From contig CAWKAR010000039.1 in assembly GCA_963847625.1 (NCBI GenBank), forward strand, positions 160,001 to 224,000: a DNA stretch of 64,000 bases, in the 5' to 3' direction. Every line of letters starts with the position of its first letter. The first letter of the stretch is position 1. Below are positions 35,219 to 45,901 of this stretch, one piece after another. The notes under the pieces are model-generated. The model saw only the letters and a list, made by a program, of their open reading frames with translations, had not been told where the DNA came from and made no database searches. Position numbers and translations under genes: made by a program. This DNA comes from a candidate division FCPU426 bacterium. Lineage in GTDB: Bacteria; Oederibacteriota; Muellerivitia; Muellerivitales; Muellerivitaceae.

Positions 35219-36181
35219 ATGAGTCCGCGAGATGAGGAATTGGACGGTTTGAAAATCTTCACGGGTACGGCCAACCAGGACCTGGCGAAAAATATATCTG
35301 CCGCCTTGAGGGTCCCTCTGGGGGAAATATTGGTCACCCGTTTCTCGGAGGGAGAAATTCGGCTCAAGATCATGGAGGACGTGCGCGGCCGCGACGTGTT
35401 CATCGTCCAACCTACCTGCCCCCCCGTCAACGACAACGTGATGGAACTGTTGATCATGCTGGACGCCTTCCGCAGGGCCTCTGCCCGGCGCATTACCGCC
35501 GTGCTTCCCTATTACGGCTATGCCCGCCAAGACCGCAAGGACCAGCCCCGGGTGCCCATCACCGCCAAGCTCATGGCCAACCTCATCACCGAAGCCGGAG
35601 CGCACCGGGTCCTTACCATGGACCTCCACGCCCAGCAGATCCAGGGTTTCTTCGACATCCCGGTGGACCACCTTTACGCCTTCCCGGTCATATCGTCTTA
35701 TTTCCGGCAAAAGAACCTGAAGGACCTAACCGTGGTATCCCCCGACGTGGGAGGCATCAAGATGGCCCGGGCCTACGCCAAGGGCCTGGGAGCCGACCTG
35801 GCCATCGTGGACAAGCGCCGCTCGGGGCCCAACGAGGTGGAAGCCATGAACCTGATCGGCGAAGTCAAGGGCCGCACGGTGCTCATTCCTGACGACATGA
35901 TCGCCACCGCCGCCTCCCTTGTGGAGGCGGTCAACGCCCTGGTGAGGTTCGGGGCCAAGGACATCTATGCTTCCTGCACCCACGCTATTTTGTCCGGAAA
36001 TGCCGTGGAAAAACTGCAAAATTCCGTCTTGAAAGAAGTCGTCGTTACGGATACCATTCCTCTTCCTGCGGAGAAGCGGACCGGCAAGATCAAAGTTCTT
36101 CCGGTGGCCCCCCTTCTGGGGGAAGCGATCCTTCGAATTCACAACGAAAAGTCCATCAGTTCGTTGTTCGACGATTTGTGA
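35219..36181 (+). CDS. prs: Ribose-phosphate pyrophosphokinase
   Basis: PYYGYARQDRK, DLHAQQIQGFF, VSPDVGG, DDMIATA. Confidence 0.97.
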   Translation: MSPRDEELDGLKIFTGTANQDLAKNISAALRVPLGEILVTRFSEGEIRLKIMEDVRGRDVFIVQPTCPPVNDNVMELLIMLDAFRRASARRITAVLPYYGYARQDRKDQPRVPITAKLMANLITEAGAHRVLTMDLHAQQIQGFFDIPVDHLYAFPVISSYFRQKNLKDLTVVSPDVGGIKMARAYAKGLGADLAIVDKRRSGPNEVEAMNLIGEVKGRTVLIPDDMIATAASLVEAVNALVRFGAKDIYASCTHAILSGNAVEKLQNSVLKEVVVTDTIPLPAEKRTGKIKVLPVAPLLGEAILRIHNEKSISSLFDDL

Positions 36182-36291
36182 ACCGCAAAGGTCATGATTT
36201 CAAAGAGCGCGGCCGGGGGTTGATTTTTATCCACGGCTTTGGGTTTGATGATTCTAAAAAAATTTATTCCTGTAGAAGGAGTCCATTCGAA

Positions 36292-37041
36292 ATGAAACAA
36301 GTACCTTTAAGCGCAAAAACCAGGACGGCTCGGGGAAGCAGCCGGGCCCGCCGCCTGCGCTCGAGCGGATTCGTGCCGGCGGAAGTGTACGGCCGAAATG
36401 AAACCAACCAGTCCATCGAGGTTTCTGAGAAGGAACTGGGAAGAATCCTCTCCTCCTCAGAGGGGCAAAACATCTTCTTCGAATTGAAAATCGACGGCTC
36501 AGAAGGCAAGCCAATTCTGGCGGTCCTGAAGGAAGTTCAGTACCACCGGGTCAACCATTCGCTCATCCACGCGGATTTCCACAAGGTCAAGATGGACCAG
36601 AAAATCCGCATCAAGATCCCCATCCGCGTTTTGAACGCCGACATATGCGAGGGCGTCAAGGTCGGGGGAGTCCTTCAGACTCTCTTGCGCGCCTTGGAAG
36701 TGCAGTGCCTGCCCACCCAGATCCCGGATGCGATCGAAGTGGATGCTACCCTGCTGGCCGTGGGTCATTCGGTTCACGTATCCGATTTGAAGCTGCCGAA
36801 GGGCGTGAAGCCCCTCCAGTCCCCCGAAATCGTAGTGGTTTCCGTGGCCGCACAAATGGCCGAGGAAGTCAAGCCTGAGGTCGCACCCGCAGTGGAGGGG
36901 GCAGCCCCTGAAGCCGGCGCTGAGCCCGAAGTCATCACCGCTAAGAAGCCGGAAGAAGGCGAGGCCGAGGCGAAGGCCCCAACCGCCGAGAAAGCCGCGG
37001 AGAAAAGACCTGCCGAGAAGAAAGCCCCCGAGAAGAAGTAA
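36292..37041 (+). CDS. rplY: 50S ribosomal protein L25/Ctc
   Basis: ATG at 36292 after AAGGAG; ARRLR..G.VPA.VYG, HADF, GVK.GG.L; prs-rplY-pth synteny. Confidence 0.95.
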   Translation: MKQVPLSAKTRTARGSSRARRLRSSGFVPAEVYGRNETNQSIEVSEKELGRILSSSEGQNIFFELKIDGSEGKPILAVLKEVQYHRVNHSLIHADFHKVKMDQKIRIKIPIRVLNADICEGVKVGGVLQTLLRALEVQCLPTQIPDAIEVDATLLAVGHSVHVSDLKLPKGVKPLQSPEIVVVSVAAQMAEEVKPEVAPAVEGAAPEAGAEPEVITAKKPEEGEAEAKAPTAEKAAEKRPAEKKAPEKK

Positions 37042-37064
37042 GCCGCGGGAGGCTTCAACCTATC

Positions 37065-37105
37065 ACGGCCATTCGGAGGTAATCCCCGGGTGGCCGTCTT
37101 TTTTT
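37065..37105 (+). terminator. Rho-independent terminator after rplY
   Basis: acggccattcgg...ccgggtggccgt followed by T7. Confidence 0.75.
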
Positions 37106-37114
37106 GAGGCCATT

Positions 37115-37696
37115 ATGTCCCTTGAAACTTGGTTGATCGCCGGCCTGGGAAATCCCGGGGAGAACTACCGGTTTACGCGCCACAATGTGGGGTTCCGCGT
37201 GGTGGAGTCCCTTGCCCTCAAGCGCAACGTCAAGGTTCGGGAAAAAGGCGATGCGATTTTCGGGAGTTATGCCCTCGAGGGGCGCGAAATTTTTTTGCTC
37301 TTCCCTCAGACCTTCATGAACGAATCAGGCAGGGCGGTTGCGCCTTTCCTGAGATACCGTCAAATTCCCTTGGACCGTTTCATCGCCGTGTCCGACGACC
37401 TGGACTTGCCCCCGGGAAGAACCCGCCTTAAAACCTCCGGGGGCTCGGGTGGACACCATGGATTGGATTCGCTGATCGCCTACTTGGGCAGTTTGGATTT
37501 CCCGCGCCTTCGGCTCGGGGTCGGCCATCCCCCTACCCCGGAGCAAGGTGTGGACCACGTTTTATCCACATTCCCTCCAGAGGAAAAACCCATGATCGAC
37601 CAGGCCATCCAGAGGGCCGCAGAAGGGATCGAGAGTTTCATCCTCAAGGGAGCCGAAGCCGCCATGCGGGAACTGAATAAAACCCCTGACGGTTAA
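37115..37696 (+). CDS. pth: Peptidyl-tRNA hydrolase
   Basis: GLGNPG..Y..TRHNVGF, PQTFMN.SG, DDLDL, GGH.GL. Confidence 0.96.
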   Translation: MSLETWLIAGLGNPGENYRFTRHNVGFRVVESLALKRNVKVREKGDAIFGSYALEGREIFLLFPQTFMNESGRAVAPFLRYRQIPLDRFIAVSDDLDLPPGRTRLKTSGGSGGHHGLDSLIAYLGSLDFPRLRLGVGHPPTPEQGVDHVLSTFPPEEKPMIDQAIQRAAEGIESFILKGAEAAMRELNKTPDG

Positions 37697-37746
37697 AAAT
37701 CTTGCCGAATCCAACAAACCGGGTAGCGAAAGTTCACTTGGCTCCA

Positions 37747-38484
37747 TCACTCGGGCGATGAAATGGGGTCGGCCTTCCGGACCCAATAGTAATCCCGCTC
37801 TTCTTCCAGAAATTGGCCGGAATTTCGCGCCAAGAGATCCAGAACCTCATTCCGGGGCAGGAAATTCATTTCAATCTGGATGTCCGGGTTCAATGCCAGA
37901 CCATAGCGCCATCGGCGGTAAGCCCTCAGGAGCGGTTTGGGAACCGCTTTTTTTAAAAGAAGGCGCAAGGGATGATAACGGGGCCGGGAAGGGACCTGGA
38001 ATACGAGAAGGCCGCTGGGTTTCAGCACCCTTAAAAATTCGGCGATGTAATTCCTCGCGTGTACTGGCGCCATATGCTGCAGGACCAGGGCGGAATAAAT
38101 GAAATCGAAGGCGGCGTCGGGGAATAAAGCCAGGTCGTTTTTCTCATTGAGAATGTACAGGCATTTGTCCGGAAAGCGGTTGTATTGGACTGCTTTTTCC
38201 AGCATGGATGGCGCGATATCCACTCCCAAGCAGGCTTCGAAATAGGGGCACAGGGCCTGGGTCAGGCGGCCGACCGCACAGCCGAAATCAAGGGCCTTGC
38301 CGGAAGGGTTCCACCCGCGCGCGCGCGCCCGGGCCATCAGACCGTCGATTTCTTCGCGGCCCGTTTTGAAGAATTCCCCCTCGCCCCAGCCCCGGTTGAA
38401 TTTTTCCCGGTGGCTCAGGACTCCATAGAAGGGATCTTGCCGGCCCATTTGATCCCAATTTTTTTGCAATTCCTTCAAGTCCAT
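37747..38484 (-). CDS. Class I SAM-dependent methyltransferase
   Basis: LDFGCAVGR, GVDIAPSML, FDFIYS..VLQH, RVLKPSG; the start may be 38508 (coupled to the upstream gene). Confidence 0.9.
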   Translation of the reverse strand: MDLKELQKNWDQMGRQDPFYGVLSHREKFNRGWGEGEFFKTGREEIDGLMARARARGWNPSGKALDFGCAVGRLTQALCPYFEACLGVDIAPSMLEKAVQYNRFPDKCLYILNEKNDLALFPDAAFDFIYSALVLQHMAPVHARNYIAEFLRVLKPSGLLVFQVPSRPRYHPLRLLLKKAVPKPLLRAYRRWRYGLALNPDIQIEMNFLPRNEVLDLLARNSGQFLEEERDYYWVRKADPISSPE

Positions 38485-38504
38485 ATCATCCCCGGAAGGT
38501 AAAA

Positions 38505-39998
38505 TCATTTAAGCTTGAATATGTAGCAAAGGGGGACACCTTCCCGCTCCACCACATGAATGACCTTGGATGGGTCCACGGACTCCTGTTTTCGGTCCCT
38601 GGTATAGGAAAGGAAATAATCGGCGTCCTTCAAGTTGTCCACCCATTTCATGTTGCCAGTGAAGTAGTAGAAAATCTGGTAAGGGCTTCCGGTTCCCGAG
38701 ATTTTGTAAGTTTCTCGGCTGTCCTGGAGGGTGTTTTGCTTAAGCCATTCCACGCCTTCCTTGAAGCTGGCTCCCCAGTAATCGTTGTCGAAGTGACCCG
38801 CCGAGCCCCTCAAGCCCCCGGTTAGTTCGTTGAAATAAACATATTCATAAGGGTGCAGCCGAACCAAGTGGGAAGAAATAGCCAGAAAGTTTAAAAGGCT
38901 GAAGGCGAGCACAATTTTCCCGAAACGGGAAGAATGGGATTTTTGAAAAAATTCCAGGGCTGAGGCGGCCGCCAATACCGCCAGGACCGGAAGAAGGAAA
39001 AGGAAGTGGCGGACACCGTCGTATAGAACAGGTCTTACCAGCATGAAAAGGGCCAAATTCAATAACAAAGCACAACCCGGAAGAATAACCAGCGGATTTT
39101 CCTTTTTATTCCGCATGAAGAAAAAGACCCCTCCTAGGAAAAAAAGGATGAAAAGGGGGGTGGTGACCAGGAGCCAGAGGGGGACGTAATACCAAGGCAG
39201 TTGGGTGCTGAGGATTTCATGGCCCAGGAAAAGGACCTTGTTATTCCAGAAGAAGTTTCTGGATACCGAGAAGGCTTCCAACAGGTGCCGGAAGTAATTC
39301 GCGCCCAAGTAAGGCCAGGTCGCCATCATCAGGAAATTCGAAACGATGAGGACAGTCAGGAGAACCCCGAAGGTCTCCAGGAGGTGGGACCGCCATTTCT
39401 TCCAGCCCGGTTTATCCCGGTGATAAAAAACATGGAAGTCGAATATCAGGTAAACCGCGTAAAGGGTAAAGCCCATGATCCTAGAGCATTGGGCCAAACC
39501 AAATAAAAAGCCCAGAACCAGGCTTTTCAGAAGGGGGCTGGAGTCGGGTTTGCGGTTGAAATAATAAATGCCCGCCAAGGCCAAGAAATAAAAGACGGCG
39601 AATGGCATGTCCTTGGGATTGCCGGGGATATCGCCCAAAAAACGCGGCGTCAAGGCCAGGAAAAGGGGGCCTAGGACGGCCAACCAGGGAATCCGGTATT
39701 GCGCCAATAGCATCTCAAAAGTAGCGGCGAACAGGAGCAGGCAAAAGATCATATTGAGAAAATGGTAGAAGTCCAGGTCCCCCGCGGGATTGACTAGGCC
39801 TAGCGACATGCCGTAGAGGTGGTTGTAAATGACGAGGCCATCGTCCGGGACGCTTTTATGCAGGAAACCCGCATAATCGTCATGGACTAGATAATGGGCA
39901 AGCCCCATCCCCCGGGCGTAAACACCGGATTCATCGAAGGTCATCCCATAGTCGGTATAGGTCAGGAACGCCCAAAGGAGATAAAAAAAGACAAACAA
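38505..39998 (-). CDS. GT-C-fold (GT39/83-like) membrane glycosyltransferase
   Basis: DYGMTFDE, PRFLG...NPKDMPFA, LYDGVRHFLF, PYEYVYFNE, DYWG; the frame stays open upstream to a possible CTG at 40046. Confidence 0.8.
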   Translation of the reverse strand: MFVFFYLLWAFLTYTDYGMTFDESGVYARGMGLAHYLVHDDYAGFLHKSVPDDGLVIYNHLYGMSLGLVNPAGDLDFYHFLNMIFCLLLFAATFEMLLAQYRIPWLAVLGPLFLALTPRFLGDIPGNPKDMPFAVFYFLALAGIYYFNRKPDSSPLLKSLVLGFLFGLAQCSRIMGFTLYAVYLIFDFHVFYHRDKPGWKKWRSHLLETFGVLLTVLIVSNFLMMATWPYLGANYFRHLLEAFSVSRNFFWNNKVLFLGHEILSTQLPWYYVPLWLLVTTPLFILFFLGGVFFFMRNKKENPLVILPGCALLLNLALFMLVRPVLYDGVRHFLFLLPVLAVLAAASALEFFQKSHSSRFGKIVLAFSLLNFLAISSHLVRLHPYEYVYFNELTGGLRGSAGHFDNDYWGASFKEGVEWLKQNTLQDSRETYKISGTGSPYQIFYYFTGNMKWVDNLKDADYFLSYTRDRKQESVDPSKVIHVVEREGVPLCYIFKLK

Positions 39999-40200
39999 GA
40001 ATAGGGGATAACGGCTTCGGATGAAGGAAAGGGTTTGGACGTTCAGATCCGGTCTCCCAGGAAGAAGGATGAATAAATCCCATTATATCCCTGGGGAACC
40101 TACGGAGGCTGATTCTTTTAAAACCGATAAAAACATGGGGGATGAAATCAGTTTTTTGACTTCTTCATCCGACTGCCGATCACTTTTCCCTTTCCAGGAA

Positions 40201-43200
40201 TCAAGGATTCGGCAGGGTTGAAATTTCCGAAGCCGCTGGCGTACCAGGGTGACTGTCTTTTCCGAAACCGCCGGAGTGGTGGGCTTTACGCCTTTCAAGG
40301 ACGGACATCAAGCTGTAGGCACAGGGCACCACCACCAGGGTCAGCAGGGTGGAAAAGATGATGCCGCCGATGATGGCAATCGCCATGGGCTGGCGCAGTT
40401 CTGCGCCGGGACCCCAGGCCAGGGCCGCGGGGAGCGCCCCAGCCACCGTGGCCGAGGAGGTCATCAAAATCGGCCTCAAACGCACCGGGCAAGCGTCCAT
40501 CAGGGCGTCGTGCACGTTCATTCCCAAGCGGCGCCGCTGGTTGGTGAAGTCCACCAGCATGATGGAATTCTTCTTCACCAGCCCCATCAGCAGGATGATG
40601 CCGATGATGCTGTAGATGCCCAGGCTCTGAGCGAAGAGCCACATGGCGAAGAAAGCCCCGGTCACCGAGAAGGGCAGTGCCAGCAGGATAATAATGGGGT
40701 GCAGGAAGCTGTTGAACTGGCTGGCCAGGACCATGTAGGCCACCAGGATGCCCAGCATCATGACGAACATCAGCTGTTTCATGGAGTCGGCGTTGGCCTT
40801 GGCTGATCCTGTCAAATGGACCTCATAGCCCTTCGGCAGGATGCCTTTGCAGATGTTGACGGCTTCCTGGACGGCTTCCTGCTGGGAAGTCCCGCGGCCC
40901 GCCCCGGCCGTGATGTAAACCGCCCTCTGCCGGTTGTCCCGGAAAATCTGCTGGTAGGACGGCTCCAGTTGCAGCTTGGAAACGGCGGAAATTGGCAAGA
41001 CCTCGCCGCGGTTGTTCCGGACGTAGATCTCGTTGATGGCGGAGGGGCCTTTGCGCTGGTCCACGGGAACCCGGATGGCGATGGGGTTGTCATGGCCGCC
41101 CTCGTGGAAATAGGTCCCCTGGAACTGGAAACCCCCGATGGCGGTCCCGATGACGTTCCCCAAATCGTCCATATTGACGCCCATTTGGGCCGCTTTGACC
41201 CTGTCGGGAATGACACGGATCTCGGGCTGCCCATCCAGGAAATTGTCATCGGAATCCGCCAGTTTCGGGCTGGCCCGGAAGGCTTTTCGGATTTTCCTTA
41301 TGCAGTTGGCCAGGGTGTCCCAATCCGGCCCGGTCACCATCAACTCCACGGAATAGCCCTTTCCGGTGGACATGCCCCTTTGGGAGAAATCCAGGCAAAA
41401 AACCTGCAGGTCGGGGGACACCTTGGGGAGGCTTTTCCGGACCCAGGACATGAACTCGAACTGGGTCATGTGCGGGGGCGTTATTTTCTGCCAGAGCTTT
41501 ACGATGAAACCCAAGGGACCCACGGGCGGGAACTTGTCGGAAAGATCGCACTTGGGCCGGTCCGCCGGGTCTTTCATGGTCAAGAAGAACATGCCCTGGT
41601 TAGGGGTCGAGCCCCCGAACCCGCCAAGAGGCGCGAAGAGGTGTTTTACCTCACCCCGCTGTTTCAGGATCGCCTCGCACTGCTGCACGACTTGGTTGGT
41701 GCGTTCCAGGGAGTAATCCACCGGCAACTTCATGGTGACGACAAACGCGCTCTGGTCGGTGGCGGGGTTGAAATTCACCTTGATGAGGTTTAACGCTGGA
41801 AAGGCAAAAGAACCGAAGAAAATGACAAATGACACCAGGACCACCGTCCAACGGTGATCCAGGCTCCATCTCAAGGTTTTCTTGTAACCTTCCGTGATCC
41901 TGGCAAACTGGCCATTCACGAACTGGTTGAACCGGCTGTGCTCGTCCGCCGCGTGAACGAACTCGGAACAGCGCATGGGGGTCAAGGTGATGGCCTCTAA
42001 AAGCGAAATCAGCACCGCGCCCGAGAGGGTGACGCCGAACTGGAAGAAGAACTTGCCGATGATGCCCTGCATGAAGGCGATGGGCAGAAAAATGGCCACG
42101 ATGGCGATGGAAGTCGCGGTTGCCGCGAAGGTGATTTCCCGGGCGCCGATGAGGGCCGACTCCACCTGGCCCTCGCCCCTTTCCTGGTGCCTGACGATGT
42201 TTTCCAGCACCATGATGGCGTCGTCCACGACCACCCCGATGGAAAGGGAAAGCGCCATCAGGGTGAATGTGTTCAGGTTGAAACCGAAAAGGCTCATGAC
42301 CATGAAGGTCCCGAAGAGCGAGGTGGGGATGGCCAGGAAGATGTTCACAGTGGAGGAAAAGCTCCCCAGGAAAAGGAAGCAGACGCCCGCGGTCAGGAAG
42401 GTGGCCAAAAGAATGGTCAGTTCCAGCTCGTGCACGTTATCCTTGATGAACTTGGTGGTGTCGAAGTTGAGGGAAAGGTGGTAGCCCTTGGGAAGCTGTT
42501 GGCGGACTGCCTCCATGCGGGCCCTGGTCGCGTCGCCGACATCCACGGCGTTGAAACCGTCCTGCATGACTACCCCTAGCCCCACGGTGGGCAAACCGTC
42601 GAAACGGGCCAGCCGGGTGATGGGGGTCACGACCCCGTCCTCAATGGTGGCGATATCCTTCAAGCGGGTCAGGGTATAGTTGGGGGAGCCGCCGCGGGTG
42701 AGGATTGGCAGGTTGGCGAAATCGGGCACCGTATAGGCCTCGCCCATGACCCGGATGTTGTATTGGGTTTGGGGGGTTTCCTCCGCCCCTGCCGGGGTTT
42801 CCTGGTGCTGGTGCTGGATGGTGTTGATGATGTCGATGGCGGTCAATTGGCGGGCGTTGAGCTTGTTATTGTCCACCCAGATGTTGATTTCCCGGTTCAA
42901 AAAGCCGCCCAGGAACACGTTGGCGACCCCGTTCAAGCTGGTGAACCTATCCTGGATATGGTCGCGGGAGTAAAGCATCAAGTCGCGGAGCGTGAGGGGC
43001 GGGTCGGCAGTCACGGCCAGCCACAAAATGGGGGAGGCGTTGGGGTTGTACTTGCGAATGACGGGGGGAAAGATGGTGGAGGGGAGCTGTTTCTCAGCCT
43101 GGAAGACCAGGGTTTGAACGTCCTGCACGGCGGAATCCACGTCCCGGCTCAGGTCAAGGTAAACCGAGACATTGGCGTTGCCCTGGGTGCAGGTGGTCTG

Positions 43201-43440
43201 GACGTCCTGCACGCCCTGGGCGCCCAACACCGCCTGCTCAATGGGATCGGCCACGTCCGATTCCACAACCTCGGGGGAGGCGTCGGGAAGGGTGATGGAA
43301 ATGTTCACCACCGGGAAGTTCACGTCCGGCAGGTTTGAGACGCCCATTCGCACCCAGCAAATGAAGCCGAAAATGATGAAGGCCGCCATGAGCATCCAGG
43401 CGAAGACCGGATTTTTAATGGATACGTCGGATAAAATCAT
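40201..43440 (-). CDS. RND efflux transporter permease (AcrB/AcrD/AcrF family)
   Basis: GVVVDDAIMVLENI, GLVKKNSIMLVDF and RLRPILMTS motifs; 1079 aa. Confidence 0.95.
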   Translation of the reverse strand: MILSDVSIKNPVFAWMLMAAFIIFGFICWVRMGVSNLPDVNFPVVNISITLPDASPEVVESDVADPIEQAVLGAQGVQDVQTTCTQGNANVSVYLDLSRDVDSAVQDVQTLVFQAEKQLPSTIFPPVIRKYNPNASPILWLAVTADPPLTLRDLMLYSRDHIQDRFTSLNGVANVFLGGFLNREINIWVDNNKLNARQLTAIDIINTIQHQHQETPAGAEETPQTQYNIRVMGEAYTVPDFANLPILTRGGSPNYTLTRLKDIATIEDGVVTPITRLARFDGLPTVGLGVVMQDGFNAVDVGDATRARMEAVRQQLPKGYHLSLNFDTTKFIKDNVHELELTILLATFLTAGVCFLFLGSFSSTVNIFLAIPTSLFGTFMVMSLFGFNLNTFTLMALSLSIGVVVDDAIMVLENIVRHQERGEGQVESALIGAREITFAATATSIAIVAIFLPIAFMQGIIGKFFFQFGVTLSGAVLISLLEAITLTPMRCSEFVHAADEHSRFNQFVNGQFARITEGYKKTLRWSLDHRWTVVLVSFVIFFGSFAFPALNLIKVNFNPATDQSAFVVTMKLPVDYSLERTNQVVQQCEAILKQRGEVKHLFAPLGGFGGSTPNQGMFFLTMKDPADRPKCDLSDKFPPVGPLGFIVKLWQKITPPHMTQFEFMSWVRKSLPKVSPDLQVFCLDFSQRGMSTGKGYSVELMVTGPDWDTLANCIRKIRKAFRASPKLADSDDNFLDGQPEIRVIPDRVKAAQMGVNMDDLGNVIGTAIGGFQFQGTYFHEGGHDNPIAIRVPVDQRKGPSAINEIYVRNNRGEVLPISAVSKLQLEPSYQQIFRDNRQRAVYITAGAGRGTSQQEAVQEAVNICKGILPKGYEVHLTGSAKANADSMKQLMFVMMLGILVAYMVLASQFNSFLHPIIILLALPFSVTGAFFAMWLFAQSLGIYSIIGIILLMGLVKKNSIMLVDFTNQRRRLGMNVHDALMDACPVRLRPILMTSSATVAGALPAALAWGPGAELRQPMAIAIIGGIIFSTLLTLVVVPCAYSLMSVLERRKAHHSGGFGKDSHPGTPAASEISTLPNP

Positions 43441-43463
43441 TTCACACTCTCTTCAATTCGAAA

Positions 43464-44834
43464 TTATTTGTTTGCCTTCGGAAGTTCTCCCGTGGCGACG
43501 TCCAGCCAAACCTGGTCGTACAAAGCCTGGTACTTGGCTTTGATATAGCTGATTTTGGCGTTTTCCAGGGACGTCATGGTTTGGAGCAGTTCCAAGTTGG
43601 TGGTCAAGTTCAGCTTATAGTCGCTTAAAACGTCTTGATAAGCTTGCTCATAGGATTGCTCGGCTTTCTGGTAGGCTCCAGTTTCACCGATGGATACCAC
43701 TAAACTCTTGTAAGCCTCCCGGATATCATCGTGGGCGGTTCTTCTCGTCAAGGACAATTGCATTTCAGCCTGACGTTTCCTGGAAGCAGCGGCATTTTCT
43801 TGAGCGACGACCTGGCCGCCCTCGAAGATCGGCAAGGATGCCAGGAAGGTGGCGTTCCAATCTGGGGTCGTGCCGCCCCCGTCTTGTTGCAAATAATACT
43901 GGCCCTGGACCGAAATGGTGGGCAAATGGCCCCCGTGGGCCTGTAAAAGGTAGGCATCTGCGACCGCCACGCTGGCAGCCGCCGCTTGAACATCGGGACG
44001 GTTTTCCACCTTGGCCTCGATATCCTCCAGGGTAACGGCAGGAGTGGAATAATTTTCCTCTGAGGCCAAACGTTGGTCGTTTTTAATATCCGCCAAGGTG
44101 GCCAAGTTTTCCCGGGCTTGTACCAACTGGTTTTTTACGCTTTCCGTGTCCGCATCCACCTGGGCCAACTGGGCCTGAGTATTGGAGACGACGGCGGTGC
44201 GGGAACGGCCCATTTTTTGCCATTTCTTCTCAACCTCTAAAGTTTTTACATTCAGATCCTTTGAGGTTTCCAAGGCTTTCAAAGTTTCCTCTAATGACAG
44301 CACGTTATAAAAAGCGTTGGCTATGTTCAATAAAAGAAGGCGGGATTGGTTCTTAAAGACGTTGTTTTGATAGTCGATATTGGCCCCGGCGCCTTGGATA
44401 GCGGCGACTTGGTTCAAACCACCCAGGAGGGTTTCGGTGACGGATAGAGAGAGTGAATTGTTCAAGACGGATGGGAGTTGATTGGATAACCCGACAATAG
44501 TGTCGTTGGATTGCCATTTTTTCATATCATTCAGGTAAATTTGGGGAAGCCAGGCGCCGATCGCCTGCGCGTTTTGAGCCTTGGCCTGTTCCACGTTCTC
44601 GGCGTTGGTGGCCAGGGTTTCGGTGCGCTTCACCGCCAGGGCATAAACATCCCGGAGGTTCAACGATTCTTTTTGGAGGGCTTTTTGTACATCCTCGGTA
44701 GTTACCCCGCTGACATCCCGAAGCGGTTTTTCAACGGGGCCTTCGCCGACCTTCACCGGCGCCCCAGCGCAACCGGCAAATAAAATCAAAAAACACCCGG
44801 CGACAAAGATATTTAAAAAAAGATTTCGGGACAA
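43464..44834 (-). CDS. TolC-family outer-membrane efflux lipoprotein
   Basis: TTG start after AAGGAG; lipobox FAGC; NRPDV.AA, HLPTIS and SLPIFEGG OEP motifs. Confidence 0.9.
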   Translation of the reverse strand: MSRNLFLNIFVAGCFLILFAGCAGAPVKVGEGPVEKPLRDVSGVTTEDVQKALQKESLNLRDVYALAVKRTETLATNAENVEQAKAQNAQAIGAWLPQIYLNDMKKWQSNDTIVGLSNQLPSVLNNSLSLSVTETLLGGLNQVAAIQGAGANIDYQNNVFKNQSRLLLLNIANAFYNVLSLEETLKALETSKDLNVKTLEVEKKWQKMGRSRTAVVSNTQAQLAQVDADTESVKNQLVQARENLATLADIKNDQRLASEENYSTPAVTLEDIEAKVENRPDVQAAAASVAVADAYLLQAHGGHLPTISVQGQYYLQQDGGGTTPDWNATFLASLPIFEGGQVVAQENAAASRKRQAEMQLSLTRRTAHDDIREAYKSLVVSIGETGAYQKAEQSYEQAYQDVLSDYKLNLTTNLELLQTMTSLENAKISYIKAKYQALYDQVWLDVATGELPKANK

Positions 44835-44992
44835 AGTTCTTTCTCCTTAAACAAAAAAGTAAATATTTCGCTCCCCGGAGGAAAACATTATGGGCAAAAT
44901 CCTTCCTGTTTCAATCCCAATTAAGAAGAAAAAGCAGGTAAACAAAAGGCCCCAGGCGCTTTGCCTAAGGCCCTCCACTAACCCACAACCCT

Positions 44993-45418
44993 TTATTTCT
45001 GGTTGGGCGGGGGAGCTCCGGACACGGGGCCAGAAGGAAGGCCCGGAATTTGCCACTCTCTGGGGTTGTTATGCCGCGCGTCCCATCGCGCCATCATTTC
45101 CCCGAACTTTTTCTTCTGGTCCCCGTTCAACACCAAGAGAATACGCGAGTGTACTCCGCTCCAGAATGACTTCAGCTTACTGTTGGTATCTTCCCGGATG
45201 GCATCCATCTTGGGCGACTCTTCCTTGAAGATCTCCAGAATCTTATCCTTTTGGTCGTTGGACAAGTTCAATTTGGAACCCAAATGATCTACTATATGGT
45301 GATAATCCCCGGGAGCAAAGGCTCTTGAGAAATGACGGTGAATATAAATGCCCGTTCCCGCGACACCCAGTAATAAGCCAATGAGGAAAATGAAAGAGAA
45401 TTTAATCCAAGGCTTCAT
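44993..45418 (-). CDS. Membrane-anchored Spy/CpxP-like periplasmic protein
   Basis: N-terminal TM; LNLSNDQ and LNGDQ LTxxQ-like motifs. Confidence 0.75.
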   Translation of the reverse strand: MKPWIKFSFIFLIGLLLGVAGTGIYIHRHFSRAFAPGDYHHIVDHLGSKLNLSNDQKDKILEIFKEESPKMDAIREDTNSKLKSFWSGVHSRILLVLNGDQKKKFGEMMARWDARHNNPREWQIPGLPSGPVSGAPPPNQK

Positions 45419-45427
45419 GGTTATTCC

Positions 45428-45901
45428 TTATTTTAAAAGACTGACTACCATGTCATCGTTGTCCGCGGAATAAGCCGCCGGAAGGACGGACCATTGGGTG
45501 GAATTGTTCTCGGCTGGTGAAGCATAAAGATAACTCTCGGCGGTTGGCCCGGCGGAAAGGCCCGGCGTGCCGGGAAGAACCGAGAAAAAAACCCAAGCCG
45601 CCGCGGCGGTGGATCCCAAAAGGGGGAAGAGCCACCGCAGGGCCAATTCCATAAGGGAAACGGGGTTATCGACGGCCTTGGAGGAAACCCTGGCCATCAC
45701 CAGTGAAACCATTCGGTCCTCTTCAACCTCGGAGAAGGCTGGAGGGGCGAAAAGGGACGCCGACAAGGCCTTCCACTCGGCGATGGCCCTTCGGCACTCG
45801 GAACATTTCGCCAAGTGTTTTTCCGCCAACGCCCTTTCCTTCTCGGTCAGGGGGCCGTCATAAAGGGCGAAGAGCTTTTGCTGGATCTCGTCATGATTCA
45901 T
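45428..45901 (-). CDS. Zinc-finger (zf-HC2) anti-sigma factor
   Basis: HLAKCSEC (HxxxCxxC) followed by a TM segment; overlaps the end of the ECF sigma gene. Confidence 0.9.
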   Translation of the reverse strand: MNHDEIQQKLFALYDGPLTEKERALAEKHLAKCSECRRAIAEWKALSASLFAPPAFSEVEEDRMVSLVMARVSSKAVDNPVSLMELALRWLFPLLGSTAAAAWVFFSVLPGTPGLSAGPTAESYLYASPAENNSTQWSVLPAAYSADNDDMVVSLLK

